64,000 nt of DNA from Kiritimatiellia bacterium (lineage in GTDB: Bacteria; Verrucomicrobiota; Kiritimatiellia; RFP12; UBA1067), in NCBI GenBank assembly GCA_017520845.1, contig JAFXEU010000046.1, forward strand, positions 1,702 to 65,701, written 5' to 3'. Every line of letters begins with the position of its first letter. Positions within the stretch are counted from its first letter, which is position 1. The position numbers and the translations under genes are program-made. The notes under the pieces were generated by a model, which searched no databases, had not been told where the DNA came from, and was given only the letters and a program-made list of their open reading frames with translations. This document shows positions 29,275 to 38,796 of the stretch, piece by piece.

Positions 29275-29980
29275 CGGGCTACTTGACGCTGTCTGGCCGC
29301 GCAGATGCGAAATCTGTGCGGGCCGGGCGGACAGGCCGGGGCGGTATGTCTGTTCCGCCTGTTTGATGCGTATCCCTTTTCTCAGCCAGGAGGGGTGCTG
29401 CCGTGTATGCGGCAGAAGCGTCGAGAATGCGGCCGGCGGTTTTGTCTGCGAGGAATGCAGGCGGAGCGGTCCTTTTTATGACGCCGCCGCGAGCGCCGTC
29501 GTTTTTGAAGACGACGCCCGCGCTCTTTTGCTCAAATACAAATCCGGCGAGGGGGTTTGGCTCAAGGACGACCTTGTCGACTGGATCGCCGCCGCCGCGG
29601 GAGCGCGGTACGATCTCGCTGAGGTCGATGCGGTTGTGCCTATGCCGATCACGCTTTTTCACAGAATCGACCGCGGATATAACCAGTGCGTGTATCTGGC
29701 GCGTTCAATCGCGAAACACATCGACAGAGCTTGTCTTGAGTCTGTCGTGGCAAGATGCGGCCATCCTAAACGGCAGGCCGGCTTGAGCGAAGAGGAGCGC
29801 CGGGAAAACGTTATCGGAACATTCAAGGTCATCGACCCGAAACCGGTCCGTGGGCGGACGATTCTTCTGCTCGACGACGTCATGGCGACCGGATCGACGC
29901 TTTCGGAGTGCGCTAAAACGCTGAAGGAGGCGGGAGCCTGGCGCGTCTGGGCGGTGACGCTGGCCCGCTCCGTCCGGTGA
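29264..29980 (+). CDS. comF: ComF-family protein (phosphoribosyltransferase domain)
   Basis: N-terminal CxxC...CxxC zinc-finger pairs and a C-terminal PRTase motif ILLLDDVMATGST. TTG start overlaps the SPFH gene end. Confidence 0.7.
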   Translation: MKADGLLDAVWPRRCEICAGRADRPGRYVCSACLMRIPFLSQEGCCRVCGRSVENAAGGFVCEECRRSGPFYDAAASAVVFEDDARALLLKYKSGEGVWLKDDLVDWIAAAAGARYDLAEVDAVVPMPITLFHRIDRGYNQCVYLARSIAKHIDRACLESVVARCGHPKRQAGLSEEERRENVIGTFKVIDPKPVRGRTILLLDDVMATGSTLSECAKTLKEAGAWRVWAVTLARSVR

Positions 29981-29994
29981 TGTGTTTTTGACAA

Positions 29995-30028
29995 AGTGGC
30001 ACAGATAGGTCTTTTTGTGCCAAAATTT
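29995..30028 (+). repeat. Recurrent intergenic element, copy 2 (AGTGGCAC-N5-GGTCT..TTTTGTGCCA-AAATTT)
   Basis: Motif shared with 4828-4861, 47816-47855 and 49123-49162. It lies about 35 nt upstream of the lysS -10 box. Confidence 0.5.
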
Positions 30029-30060
30029 CAGTAGTAGTCCGTAGACGGTAATGATAATTA

Positions 30061-30069
30061 TGATATAAT
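30061..30069 (+). promoter_or_regulatory. Extended -10 box TGATATAAT, 8 nt before the lysS ATG
   Basis: Exact motif. The ATG is at 30078. Confidence 0.5.
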
Positions 30070-30077
30070 ATTTGGCT

Positions 30078-31526
30078 ATGGAAACGAATGAATATCGCGA
30101 GCAAAGGCTCGTCAGCATGAAAGCTCTGGCCGAACTCGGCTTTGAGCCCTATGGTTGCAAGTACGATCACGACGATCTCTCCAAGATCCGCGCGGAATTC
30201 GAGGAGGGTAAAGCCGCGCGCGTCGCCGGTCGTCTTATGATGATCCGCCGCATGGGCAAGATGAATTTCTGCACCATGAATGACGGTACTGATAAATTTC
30301 AGCTTATATTCAAGCGCGATGAACTTTCAGAGACGATGTTCGCCGCGTTCAAGCAGCTTAATCTCGGCGACATCATCGGCGCCGAAGGTACTCTCTTTAC
30401 GACCCAAAAGGGCGAGAAGTCCCTCGTCGTCAAGGAGTGGACGATGCTCGCCAAGGCGCTCGAGCAGCCGCCGGAGAAGTTCCACGGCCTCGCCGACCAG
30501 GAGGAGTGCTACCGCCGCCGTTATGTCGACCTGATGACGAACGACGAGTCTCGCAACCGCTTCTTCACTCGCTCGCGTCTCATCCAGGAAATCCGCAAGT
30601 ACCTCTGGGACCGCGGCTTTGTTGAGGTCGAGACCCCCATTCTTCAGGATCAGGCCGGCGGCGCGGCGGCTAAGCCGTTCGTTTCGCATTTCAACGCGCT
30701 CGATAAGGACTGCGTCATGCGCATCGCGCCGGAGCTTTACCTTAAGCGGCTCCTCGTCGGCGGCATGAACAAGGTTTTCGAGCTCGGTAAGGATTTCCGC
30801 AACGAGGGTATCGACCGCACTCACAACCCCGAGTTCACGGTTTGCGAGATTTACGAGGCTTACGGCGACCGTACCTCGATGGAAGCGATCATGGAAGGGC
30901 TTCTGCCGCATCTCTGCGATACGGTCATCGGCAAGCGCGAAATCGAATACGGCGACAATAAGACCGTCATTAATTTCAATCCCCCTTACCGCCGCGTCGC
31001 CTACAAGGATCTCGTCAAGGAGCTCATGGGCGAAGACTGGTTCGATCTTCCGTTTGAAACTCAGCTCGAGAAGGCTAAGGCGAAGGGCCGTGAGACCGAG
31101 ACGAATCTTGAGCTCGACGGGGTGGATTGTGAGCTTATGCTTACGCATGAGGTTTACGACAAGCTCATCGAGCGCAACATCATGCAGCCTACGTTCGTTA
31201 CCCGCATTCCGCGTCAGTTCGTCCCGCTCGCCAAGGCGTGCAAGGACGATCCCACGCTCGTCGACGTATTCGAGTTTGTCGTCGCGGGTCGCGAGCTCTG
31301 CCCCGGATACACCGAGCAGAACGATCCCATCGCCCAGCGCGAGGCTCTCGAAAACCAGGCCGGCGAAGATACCGAGAAGATCGACGAGGATTTCATTTCG
31401 GCTCTCGAGTGCGGTATGCCCCCGACGGGCGGCCTCGGCTTCGGCGTCGACCGTCTCGTCATGTTCCTGACCGGGTGCGATTCCATCCGTGACGTTGTTC
31501 TATTCCCACAGATGAAGAAGGCTTAA
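30078..31526 (+). CDS. lysS: Lysyl-tRNA synthetase (class II)
   Basis: OB-fold N-domain and class II motifs (FRNEGID, GGLGFGVDRLVM). The track start at 30072 is a TTG two codons upstream. Confidence 0.93.
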   Translation: METNEYREQRLVSMKALAELGFEPYGCKYDHDDLSKIRAEFEEGKAARVAGRLMMIRRMGKMNFCTMNDGTDKFQLIFKRDELSETMFAAFKQLNLGDIIGAEGTLFTTQKGEKSLVVKEWTMLAKALEQPPEKFHGLADQEECYRRRYVDLMTNDESRNRFFTRSRLIQEIRKYLWDRGFVEVETPILQDQAGGAAAKPFVSHFNALDKDCVMRIAPELYLKRLLVGGMNKVFELGKDFRNEGIDRTHNPEFTVCEIYEAYGDRTSMEAIMEGLLPHLCDTVIGKREIEYGDNKTVINFNPPYRRVAYKDLVKELMGEDWFDLPFETQLEKAKAKGRETETNLELDGVDCELMLTHEVYDKLIERNIMQPTFVTRIPRQFVPLAKACKDDPTLVDVFEFVVAGRELCPGYTEQNDPIAQREALENQAGEDTEKIDEDFISALECGMPPTGGLGFGVDRLVMFLTGCDSIRDVVLFPQMKKA

Positions 31527-31527
31527 T

Positions 31528-32325
31528 ATGAGCGACAATTCTTTTGATTTCGGCGCGATGCTCGACGATCAGATGAAGGGCATCAAGCGTACTTATAAAT
31601 TCGGCAAGGCGTTCAACGACGATAAACTCATCATCCGCCCCAAGAAGCAGGTGGTCGAGGTGATGAGCGACGACAACGCGACCGTAAAGGCCGCGTGGGA
31701 GTCGGGCGAGGCGATCGCGGGTCTTGTCGAAAAACAGATAAAGGGCGGTTACGAGATAACAGTCGCGGGCGAGAGGGCGTTCTGCCCCTTCAGCCAGATC
31801 GACCGCTATACGAAGGATCCCGCCGAATACATCGGGCGCAAGTTCGATTTTCTCGTTTCCGATTATTCCAAGGACGAGCGCGGGCTCAATATCGTTCTTT
31901 CGCGCCGCGCGCTTCTTGAGGTTCAGGCCGAGGCTCTTAAGGAGGCCATGCTCGAGCGCCTTATCGAAGGCGAGACCTTGAGCGGAACGGTCACGCGCGT
32001 ACTCGACTTCGGCGCGTTCGTCGATCTGGGCGGCATCGAGGGGCTTATACCCGTAAGGGAAATCTCGTGGGAACGCGTCGACAATCCCGCGAGCGTGCTT
32101 AAGTCGGGCGATGGCGTTACGGTCAAGATCATACGCATCGACCGCGACAGCGGCAAGATTTCTCTTTCGCGCAGAGAATGCGTCGCGCGCGTATTCAAGA
32201 AGAGCGCCGAGGAAGTCGCCGCCGAAGAGACCGCCGCTGAAGTTTCCGCGTGGATGAAAGAGGCCGAGAGGAAGAACGCCAACGTCGGTTCGATCGCGGG
32301 CGCGTTTGATAAGCTCGGTCTTTAA
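31528..32325 (+). CDS. S1 RNA-binding domain protein
   Basis: Two S1-like segments (GYEITVAGERAFCPFSQ; GTVTRVLDFGAFVDLGGIEGLIPVREISW). Confidence 0.65.
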   Translation: MSDNSFDFGAMLDDQMKGIKRTYKFGKAFNDDKLIIRPKKQVVEVMSDDNATVKAAWESGEAIAGLVEKQIKGGYEITVAGERAFCPFSQIDRYTKDPAEYIGRKFDFLVSDYSKDERGLNIVLSRRALLEVQAEALKEAMLERLIEGETLSGTVTRVLDFGAFVDLGGIEGLIPVREISWERVDNPASVLKSGDGVTVKIIRIDRDSGKISLSRRECVARVFKKSAEEVAAEETAAEVSAWMKEAERKNANVGSIAGAFDKLGL

Positions 32326-32357
32326 TTTCTATTTTTGCGCTACGGGGAAGACGGTAG

Positions 32358-34571
32358 ATGTCCAAAGATAAGGATAAGAGCAAAAAGGAATCGGCGCCGC
32401 CGAGTCTTTTCGACAATCTTGATCTGTTTGCCGATGTCGCTTCGGGCGGTGCGCGGACGGAAGTTAAAAAGAGTGATGTGAGCGCCGCGCCTGCGGCACC
32501 TGCCGTAAAGCCCGCAGCAGGGCTTACGGGGTCGGGGCCGATGCGCGAGCTCTTTGACTTCAACTTCCGCCAGTATTCGGCGTATGTAATCTGTTCGCGC
32601 GCGATACCTGCCGTCGAGGACGGGCTTAAGCCTGTTCAGCGCCGCATTATGCATTCGTTATGGGAGAAGGATGACGGCCGCTATACAAAAGTCGCCAACA
32701 TCGTCGGTCACGCGATGCAGTACCATCCACATGGAGATGCGTCTATCGGCGACGCGCTGTGCGTTCTTGCGAATAAACTTTGGGGCGAGGGCAAGGGTTA
32801 TCTGATCGACGGACAGGGTAACTACGGTTCGCTCTTGACCGGTATGCCTCACGCCGCGACGCGATATATCGAGTGTCGTCTTACGGAACTGGCGCGCAAA
32901 GAGATTTTCAACAAAAAGACGACATCGTTCGTTCCAAATTACGACGGCAGAAAGGAGGAGCCGGTCTATCTCCCCGCGAAAATTCCTCTTCTTCTGATGC
33001 TCGGCGCCGACGGTATCGCCGTCGGTCTTTCGACTGCGATTCTGCCTCACAACTTCATTGAGCTTTTAGAGGCCGAAATCGCCTGCATTCAGAAAAAGCC
33101 TTTTCAGCTCTATCCCGATTTTCAGCTCGGCGGAACGCTCGATGTTTCGGATTATCAGGACGGTCTGGGAAAGATTAAGGTCCGTGCGAAGATCGAGAAG
33201 GAAGATAAGAATAAGCTTATCATCACCGAACTTCCGTGGGGCGAGACGACCGATTCGCTCGCCGAGTCGATCGAGGAGGCGATCAAGAAGAAAAAGGTTC
33301 CCGTCCGCAAACTCCACGATCTGACTAACGATACCGTTAAAATAGAGCTTGAGCTTCAGACGGGCGAGAGCCAGGAGAAGGCGATCGTCGCCCTTTATGC
33401 GTTCACGAATTGCGAAAAGTCGCTTTCGTCGCGTCCGATCGTTCTTGATGCGGGCCGTCCGAAACTGATGACGATCAGCGAGATCGTCCGCAAGAACGTC
33501 GAGCGCCTTATGGAGCTTACGAAGCGCGAACAGGAAATCCGCCTCGGCGAGCTTGACGACCTTTATCATGCGCGTACTCTCGACAGGATATTCATCGAGG
33601 AGCGCATTTATAAGCGCATTGAGACAGAGAAGACGATGGAGGGTGTCAAAAAGGCCATCGTTACCGGCTTCGAGCCGTTCCTCAAGGAATTGCGCCGCGG
33701 GATCGTCGACGAGGATATTGAGAGACTTCTTAAAATCCCGATCCGCCGCATTTCGCAGTTTGATATCGACAAGAACCGCGAAGAGATTGAAGGCATCGAG
33801 AAGGAAGAGGCCCAGGTCCGCGACAATATCGAGCATCTGCGCTCGTTCGTCGTAAAGTATCTGAAGGGCCTTATAAAGGAATACGCGAAGAAGTATCCGC
33901 GCTGCTCGAAGATCGAGTCGGGCGCGTTCAAGGAGGTCGACGTCCGCGCGATAACGGCGAGCGAACTGACGATAAAGTGGGATAAGGAGAATAATTTCGT
34001 CGGCTCGGGTCTTCGCAACGGAGACGAACTGTTTAAGTGCTCTTCGCTCGATGAGCTTATTTTCGTATGGAAAGACGGCCGCTTTAAGAAAACGCAGCCT
34101 GAAGATAAGATTTTCGTAGATAAGAATCTGCTCGCCGTAATCCGCTACAACCAGGAGAAGGACCGCGAGGCGCGCGAGTTCACCGTCGTCTACGAGGAGG
34201 GCGGTTACGGGTTCAGCTACATCAAACGCTTCAGGTTCGGCGGGCTTATCCGCAATAAGGATTACCGTCTCGCGCCGGAGAAGCCTAAATCGAAGATTCT
34301 TTTCTTCCAGGAAGGCTGTCCCGATACGATTTACGTGAAGTTCAAACCGGCCAAGAACCAGAAGATACATCAGCAGTATTTTCTCCCCAAAGAGCAGGTT
34401 AAGCGCGTCAATCCCGAGACGAAGAAGCTTGAGGATCAGGATGTCGTCGCCGTGCGCGCCGCAGGCACGAAGGGTAAGCAGCTTACTACCAAGCCGATTG
34501 CGCGCATTTCGTCGTCTAAAGGATCCTGGTGGGACGATAAAGAGGCCCTGTCGAAAGGAATTTTAGATTAA
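32358..34571 (+). CDS. parC: Type IIA topoisomerase subunit A (ParC/GyrA family, topoisomerase IV-like)
   Basis: RQYSAYVICSRAIPAVEDGLKPVQRRI, YHPHGD and an active-site AATRYIE-type segment. Confidence 0.75.
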   Translation: MSKDKDKSKKESAPPSLFDNLDLFADVASGGARTEVKKSDVSAAPAAPAVKPAAGLTGSGPMRELFDFNFRQYSAYVICSRAIPAVEDGLKPVQRRIMHSLWEKDDGRYTKVANIVGHAMQYHPHGDASIGDALCVLANKLWGEGKGYLIDGQGNYGSLLTGMPHAATRYIECRLTELARKEIFNKKTTSFVPNYDGRKEEPVYLPAKIPLLLMLGADGIAVGLSTAILPHNFIELLEAEIACIQKKPFQLYPDFQLGGTLDVSDYQDGLGKIKVRAKIEKEDKNKLIITELPWGETTDSLAESIEEAIKKKKVPVRKLHDLTNDTVKIELELQTGESQEKAIVALYAFTNCEKSLSSRPIVLDAGRPKLMTISEIVRKNVERLMELTKREQEIRLGELDDLYHARTLDRIFIEERIYKRIETEKTMEGVKKAIVTGFEPFLKELRRGIVDEDIERLLKIPIRRISQFDIDKNREEIEGIEKEEAQVRDNIEHLRSFVVKYLKGLIKEYAKKYPRCSKIESGAFKEVDVRAITASELTIKWDKENNFVGSGLRNGDELFKCSSLDELIFVWKDGRFKKTQPEDKIFVDKNLLAVIRYNQEKDREAREFTVVYEEGGYGFSYIKRFRFGGLIRNKDYRLAPEKPKSKILFFQEGCPDTIYVKFKPAKNQKIHQQYFLPKEQVKRVNPETKKLEDQDVVAVRAAGTKGKQLTTKPIARISSSKGSWWDDKEALSKGILD

Positions 34572-34654
34572 ATGAAAATTTTTTTGTCAGATTTCACAAG
34601 GTGATTTACCTACCTAACTGTAACCGCCAAATGCGGAGAAAGAGAAGGTGCAAT

Positions 34655-35098
34655 ATGAACAAAATGATTAAAATCGCAGCAGTTTGTGTCGCAGTCGCGC
34701 TTTGCGCGGGAACGACATTCGCAAGAGGTCATCGCGGCCCCGTCCGCGGTCATAGTCGTGTCGTCCGCCATCATCATGTTTCTCGTCCCGTGCATCGCCA
34801 TTGTCACGGCAGTGCCTGGGGTCGCGGCGGCAGGAATTTCTGGCCGGGCTTCGTGGGCGGTATCGTCGGCGGCGTAATCGCCGACAGGGTTGTTACAACT
34901 CCCGTCACGACGGTCGTCACCACGCCAACGGTCGTTACTACGCCTGTCGTCACTACGCCTGTCGTTACGACGCCGGTGTACACGACTCAGAATGTCTGGG
35001 TGGAAGGTCGTTACGTCGATCAGGTCCAAGCCAACGGCACTGTGGTAAGAGTCTGGCAGCCTGGCCATTACGAGCAGCGTCAGGTCCTGGTACAGTGA
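34655..35098 (+). CDS. Small secreted His/Arg-rich protein with VVTTP tandem repeats
   Basis: Signal peptide MNKMIKIAAVCVAVALCAG, then HRGPVRGHSRVVRHHHVSRPVHRH, a Gly-rich hydrophobic segment and (V/T)VTTP repeated about six times. GAGAAGG RBS. Confidence 0.55.
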   Translation: MNKMIKIAAVCVAVALCAGTTFARGHRGPVRGHSRVVRHHHVSRPVHRHCHGSAWGRGGRNFWPGFVGGIVGGVIADRVVTTPVTTVVTTPTVVTTPVVTTPVVTTPVYTTQNVWVEGRYVDQVQANGTVVRVWQPGHYEQRQVLVQ

Positions 35099-35120
35099 AT
35101 GGCATCGAGGTGGTTACAAC

Positions 35121-35159
35121 AAAAAAATCCTATCGCCAAGACGCGGTAGGATTTTTTTT
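35121..35159. terminator. Bidirectional rho-independent terminator (A-run, 9-bp hairpin, T-run)
   Basis: AAAAAAA TCCTATCGC-CAAGAC-GCGGTAGGA TTTTTTTT lies between the convergent small CDS and the tRNA. Confidence 0.75.
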
Positions 35160-35165
35160 ATTAAG

Positions 35166-35242
35166 TGGTGGACCCGGCGGGACTTGAACCCACGACCCGG
35201 AGATTATGAGTCACCTGCTCTGACCGACTGAGCTACGGGTCC
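35166..35242 (-). tRNA. tRNA with CAT anticodon (elongator Met, or Ile2 if lysidine-modified), CCA encoded
   Basis: The reverse complement GGACCCGTAGCTCAGTCGGTCAGAGCAGGTGACTCATAATCTCCGGGTCGTGGGTTCAAGTCCCGCCGGGTCCACCA folds as a cloverleaf. The G1-C72 pair argues against an initiator tRNA. Confidence 0.85.
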
Positions 35243-35256
35243 GACCTTGAAACAAT

Positions 35257-35265
35257 ATTGTATCA
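35257..35265 (-). promoter_or_regulatory. Extended -10 box TGATACAAT for the tRNA gene
   Basis: The motif on the minus strand ends 14 nt upstream of the mature tRNA 5' end. Confidence 0.5.
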
Positions 35266-35340
35266 AATAATTCCGTTATACTCAATACGGGTAATCCTAT
35301 TTCTAAAATCACCAGAGCAGGTGCGGTTTTTGCGGAATTT

Positions 35341-35349
35341 TGATATAAT
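35341..35349 (+). promoter_or_regulatory. Extended -10 box TGATATAAT, 10 nt before the exosortase ATG
   Basis: Exact motif. The ATG is at 35360. Confidence 0.5.
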
Positions 35350-35359
35350 ATCGCCTGTT

Positions 35360-36877
35360 ATGAGAGTGGGGACTATAAAGTCTAGATTGATTCTGATGGC
35401 TGTCGCGTTTGTTGCAATGGTTATCGGATTCAACGCTATGATTCTTAATCATTTGCCGAGCATGTTCTTAGCTCCTGAAGAGGATATGGATTATGCATGG
35501 TTTGTCCCTCTATTTACAGTTGCGGTTCTTTGGATGGAGCGTCGGCGGATTTCAAAGTCTTTAGGGGAGCCGAGTATCGCTGGCGCTTTTGCGACGATTC
35601 CGTTTCTTTTTATCGGGCTCTTGGGCGTGAGAGGCATCCAGGTCCGTTTTGAACTGTTGGCTTTCGTCGGTCTTCTAGTTACAATCCCGTGGGCTTTATT
35701 TGGCGGAAAATGCGCCAAGAGAGTGTTTTTTCCGATAGCGTGTCTTCTTTTCTGCATGCCGATGGCGTCGTTTCTGGCGATTTTTACCGTTCCGTTGAGA
35801 CTTTTTGTCAGCTCTGTGTCTACCGGGGTTTTATCGTTATTCGGGATGGAAATCGTGCGTCACGGCAATATGATTACATTGCCGAGCGTGATTGTCGACG
35901 GCAAGCCTTTCGGCGTTGGCATCGCCGATCCGTGCAGCGGCTTGAGGTCTATTGTCGCTTTGGTGGCCGTGTCTGTCGGCTACGGTTATTTTGCGCAGCG
36001 TACGTGGTCCCGTCGTGCGGTACTCTTGGTATGCTCGGTTCCGATCGCAGTTTTCTGCAATATTGTCAGAATCATGTCGATCTGCCTTATCGCCCGCTTC
36101 GCGTCGCCATCGTATGCTACGGGACAAGGGCATGATTTTCTAGGCTTTATCGTTTTCGCCCTCGGGATTTATCTGACGGTTCTTTTAAGCGATCTTCTCA
36201 ATAAGATTCCTCTTCGCGCCCGGAGCGCGGGTGCGGAAGATAATCTGCCTGACGAGTCAGAGACTCTTTCGACCGCGACTTCTTCAACCGGAATTTTCTC
36301 AGGTTTTAAGGCGATCGCGCCCGTGGCGCTTTTGATTTCGGTGATGATCTTCCAGGTCGCTGCGCCTCCGCCTGAAGTAGCCGAGCCGCCGAGAGTCGTA
36401 TTCCCCGAAATCCCCGGGTTTGAGTTCGAAGAGATTCCTCCGTCGGAAGCGGAGCTTAAGCAGCTTGTCGGAGCTGAACTCGGCAAACGCAGATATACCC
36501 ATCGAGACGGCTTTTGGTTCCAGACTTCCAAGGTTGTCAGCGGCCCCAGCAAATCTTCTCTTCATCGTCCCGAGCTTTGCCTCCCTTCTCAGGGGCATGA
36601 TTTGGGCGCTTCGTGCGAGGTTGCCGTCGACGGCGTGGAGTGGACTGTCATACCGCTCAGTTTCAAGACGGGCGGCGGAGCGCTGTTCGCATATACGTTC
36701 TTTAATCAGTCCGGGTACAGAACCTCATCCCACCTGAACAGGATATTTATCGACGTGTGGGATCGTACGGTCCACGGTCGTATCGACAGGTGGGCGATGT
36801 TGACCGTGCTGGTGCCAACGGACGACGAAAACGCTCTTAAGTTCGTGTTAAGAGAAATGAACAAGGCGGTGAAGTGA
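35360..36877 (+). CDS. Exosortase (EpsH/Xrt family) fused to an EpsI-like C-terminal domain
   Basis: Polytopic N-terminal half with the catalytic-type DPCSGLRS Cys motif and NIVRI Arg motif, plus a roughly 200-aa soluble C-terminal extension. Confidence 0.7.
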   Translation: MRVGTIKSRLILMAVAFVAMVIGFNAMILNHLPSMFLAPEEDMDYAWFVPLFTVAVLWMERRRISKSLGEPSIAGAFATIPFLFIGLLGVRGIQVRFELLAFVGLLVTIPWALFGGKCAKRVFFPIACLLFCMPMASFLAIFTVPLRLFVSSVSTGVLSLFGMEIVRHGNMITLPSVIVDGKPFGVGIADPCSGLRSIVALVAVSVGYGYFAQRTWSRRAVLLVCSVPIAVFCNIVRIMSICLIARFASPSYATGQGHDFLGFIVFALGIYLTVLLSDLLNKIPLRARSAGAEDNLPDESETLSTATSSTGIFSGFKAIAPVALLISVMIFQVAAPPPEVAEPPRVVFPEIPGFEFEEIPPSEAELKQLVGAELGKRRYTHRDGFWFQTSKVVSGPSKSSLHRPELCLPSQGHDLGASCEVAVDGVEWTVIPLSFKTGGGALFAYTFFNQSGYRTSSHLNRIFIDVWDRTVHGRIDRWAMLTVLVPTDDENALKFVLREMNKAVK

Positions 36878-38793
36878 TGGAAAAACTGCTGATAAAATCC
36901 ATTCCTTATCTTACGTCTTTTCTCGGAGCGCTGATTCTGACGCTTTTTCTCGTTCCTCTGGTCCGACGCTTGAACATAAAGCTTGGCATGATCGATAAGC
37001 CTGACCCGAGGCGCGTCAACAAGGTCCCGATCCCCCGCGGCGGGGGTCTCGCCCTTATCGCGGGCGTACTGGTTTCGTACGGTATTTTCGTTCTCTTTTT
37101 CGGCAAGGATCCTTTTTACGCTAAAAACGTATCCGAGAATATTTACTGGAAATACGCTGTTCTTTCTCTTTCTATCGGGGCTCTCGGATTTATCGACGAC
37201 TGTTTCGGAATGAAGCCGAAGGTTAAGCTTTTAGGCCAGATCACCGTTGCCGTTCTGACCTGGTGGTGGGGCGATTTGGGATTCCATCGACTTTGGCCTT
37301 CGATTCCTGCGGCACTCGATTGTTTCATAACCGTTTTCTGGATTGTAGGAGCCGTCAACGCGTTCAACCTTATAGACGGCCTTGACGGCCTCGCTTCGGG
37401 CCTTGCGTTCATCGCGACGTTCGGCATGGCAGGTGCGCTGTTTCTGGCTCACAGTCCCGCCTCGAGCCTTTATTACTTCGCGTTCGCGGGAGGGCTCTTG
37501 GGCTTTCTTCGTTATAACTACAACCCTGCGTCCATTTTTCTCGGCGATTGCGGCTCGATGTTCATCGGTTATACGATCGCGTTTCTGCCGCTTGCGTCAC
37601 AGGCCGAAAACTCCTTCCTGGTGTCCATCGGAGTTCCCCTCCTGGCGATGGGGGTTCCCGTTTTCGATACGTTTCTTGCGATCGTCCGCCGGTCCCTGCG
37701 CCATCTTATCCGCCGCCGCGATTCTTCAGAGACCGGCAACGGCGAGGTTATGACCGCAGATGCGGATCACGTGCACCATCGAATCCTCCGCTCGGTCGGT
37801 CTCAATCAGCGCAAGGCCGCCTGGATTCTTTATGTCGTTGCGATTCTGCTCGTCCTCTTCGGGCTTTCGGGAGTAGTCTTTAAGTCGCGCGCTGCGGGTC
37901 TTTGGCTTTTGGGATTTCTGTTTGCCGCCGTAGTTGTCGTAAAAGATATGGCTCGAATAGAAATCTTTGATTTCGGACGCCTTATCAATTCGGTTGCCCG
38001 TGACGAGAGCGTCGTGCCGCGCAGGCTTAAGTCGCGACTTTCGGTTCCTTTTTATCTCGTAGCCGATATAGCGCTGCTTATTGCCGTCTTTTTTGTCTGC
38101 GCATGGGCTCTTAAAATTAATGTCGGGCGCATCATGCTCCGCGTCGGTATGCCTATCAGAGTGATTTCGATATTTATTCCTCTCGTTTTATTCAGGACCT
38201 ATCAGACGGTCTGGTCGAGGGCGATGTCGTCCAATTACGCGAGACTTCTTTTCGCCTGCATCGTCGGCGGTATTGTCGGGTCGGCCGCAATTTATTATTC
38301 GCCCGCCTACAATTACCAGCTTAAGGCGATGACGGTCATGTATCCGTTGGTTTCTTTTATTGCGCTTTCGCTTCTGCGTAATCTGCGGACGATTATCAGA
38401 GATTCCTTTTACAATCTCGACTGTTCCCGTCTTCTGAAAAGCGGCTCGGCATCACGCGTCCTCGTTTACGGCTCCGGCCTGAGATACCGCGCTTTTCGCA
38501 GGGAGCTTGTGAGAACCGCGTCCGAAAACGACAGAATAATCGTCGGTATAGTCGACGACAACCTTCTTCTGCGCGGTCAGTATATCGGCGGAGTTAAAAT
38601 CTACGGCTCGATCAACATGCTCAAGTCGATAATTGAGAAGACAAAGGCCGATGCTCTCGTCATCGCCTGCGACCTCAGTCAGGAAAGGCTGAGAATCGTC
38701 TGCAGGAAGCTCGCATTGACCAACCTGAAGGTTTCAAGATTTTATTTAAATGAAAAACAGCTGGATTTATCAGCGGAAGGATTAAAGGAGTAA
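36874..38793 (+). CDS. Glycosyltransferase family 4 (WecA/MraY-like phospho-sugar transferase) with extra TM and Rossmann-like C-terminal region
   Basis: IDKPDPRRVNKVPIPRGGGLA and NAFNLIDGLDGLA motifs. C-terminal RVLVYGSGLRY...IVGIVDDN. The start overlaps the exosortase stop. Confidence 0.7.
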   Translation: MMEKLLIKSIPYLTSFLGALILTLFLVPLVRRLNIKLGMIDKPDPRRVNKVPIPRGGGLALIAGVLVSYGIFVLFFGKDPFYAKNVSENIYWKYAVLSLSIGALGFIDDCFGMKPKVKLLGQITVAVLTWWWGDLGFHRLWPSIPAALDCFITVFWIVGAVNAFNLIDGLDGLASGLAFIATFGMAGALFLAHSPASSLYYFAFAGGLLGFLRYNYNPASIFLGDCGSMFIGYTIAFLPLASQAENSFLVSIGVPLLAMGVPVFDTFLAIVRRSLRHLIRRRDSSETGNGEVMTADADHVHHRILRSVGLNQRKAAWILYVVAILLVLFGLSGVVFKSRAAGLWLLGFLFAAVVVVKDMARIEIFDFGRLINSVARDESVVPRRLKSRLSVPFYLVADIALLIAVFFVCAWALKINVGRIMLRVGMPIRVISIFIPLVLFRTYQTVWSRAMSSNYARLLFACIVGGIVGSAAIYYSPAYNYQLKAMTVMYPLVSFIALSLLRNLRTIIRDSFYNLDCSRLLKSGSASRVLVYGSGLRYRAFRRELVRTASENDRIIVGIVDDNLLLRGQYIGGVKIYGSINMLKSIIEKTKADALVIACDLSQERLRIVCRKLALTNLKVSRFYLNEKQLDLSAEGLKE

Positions 38794-38796
38794 AAA

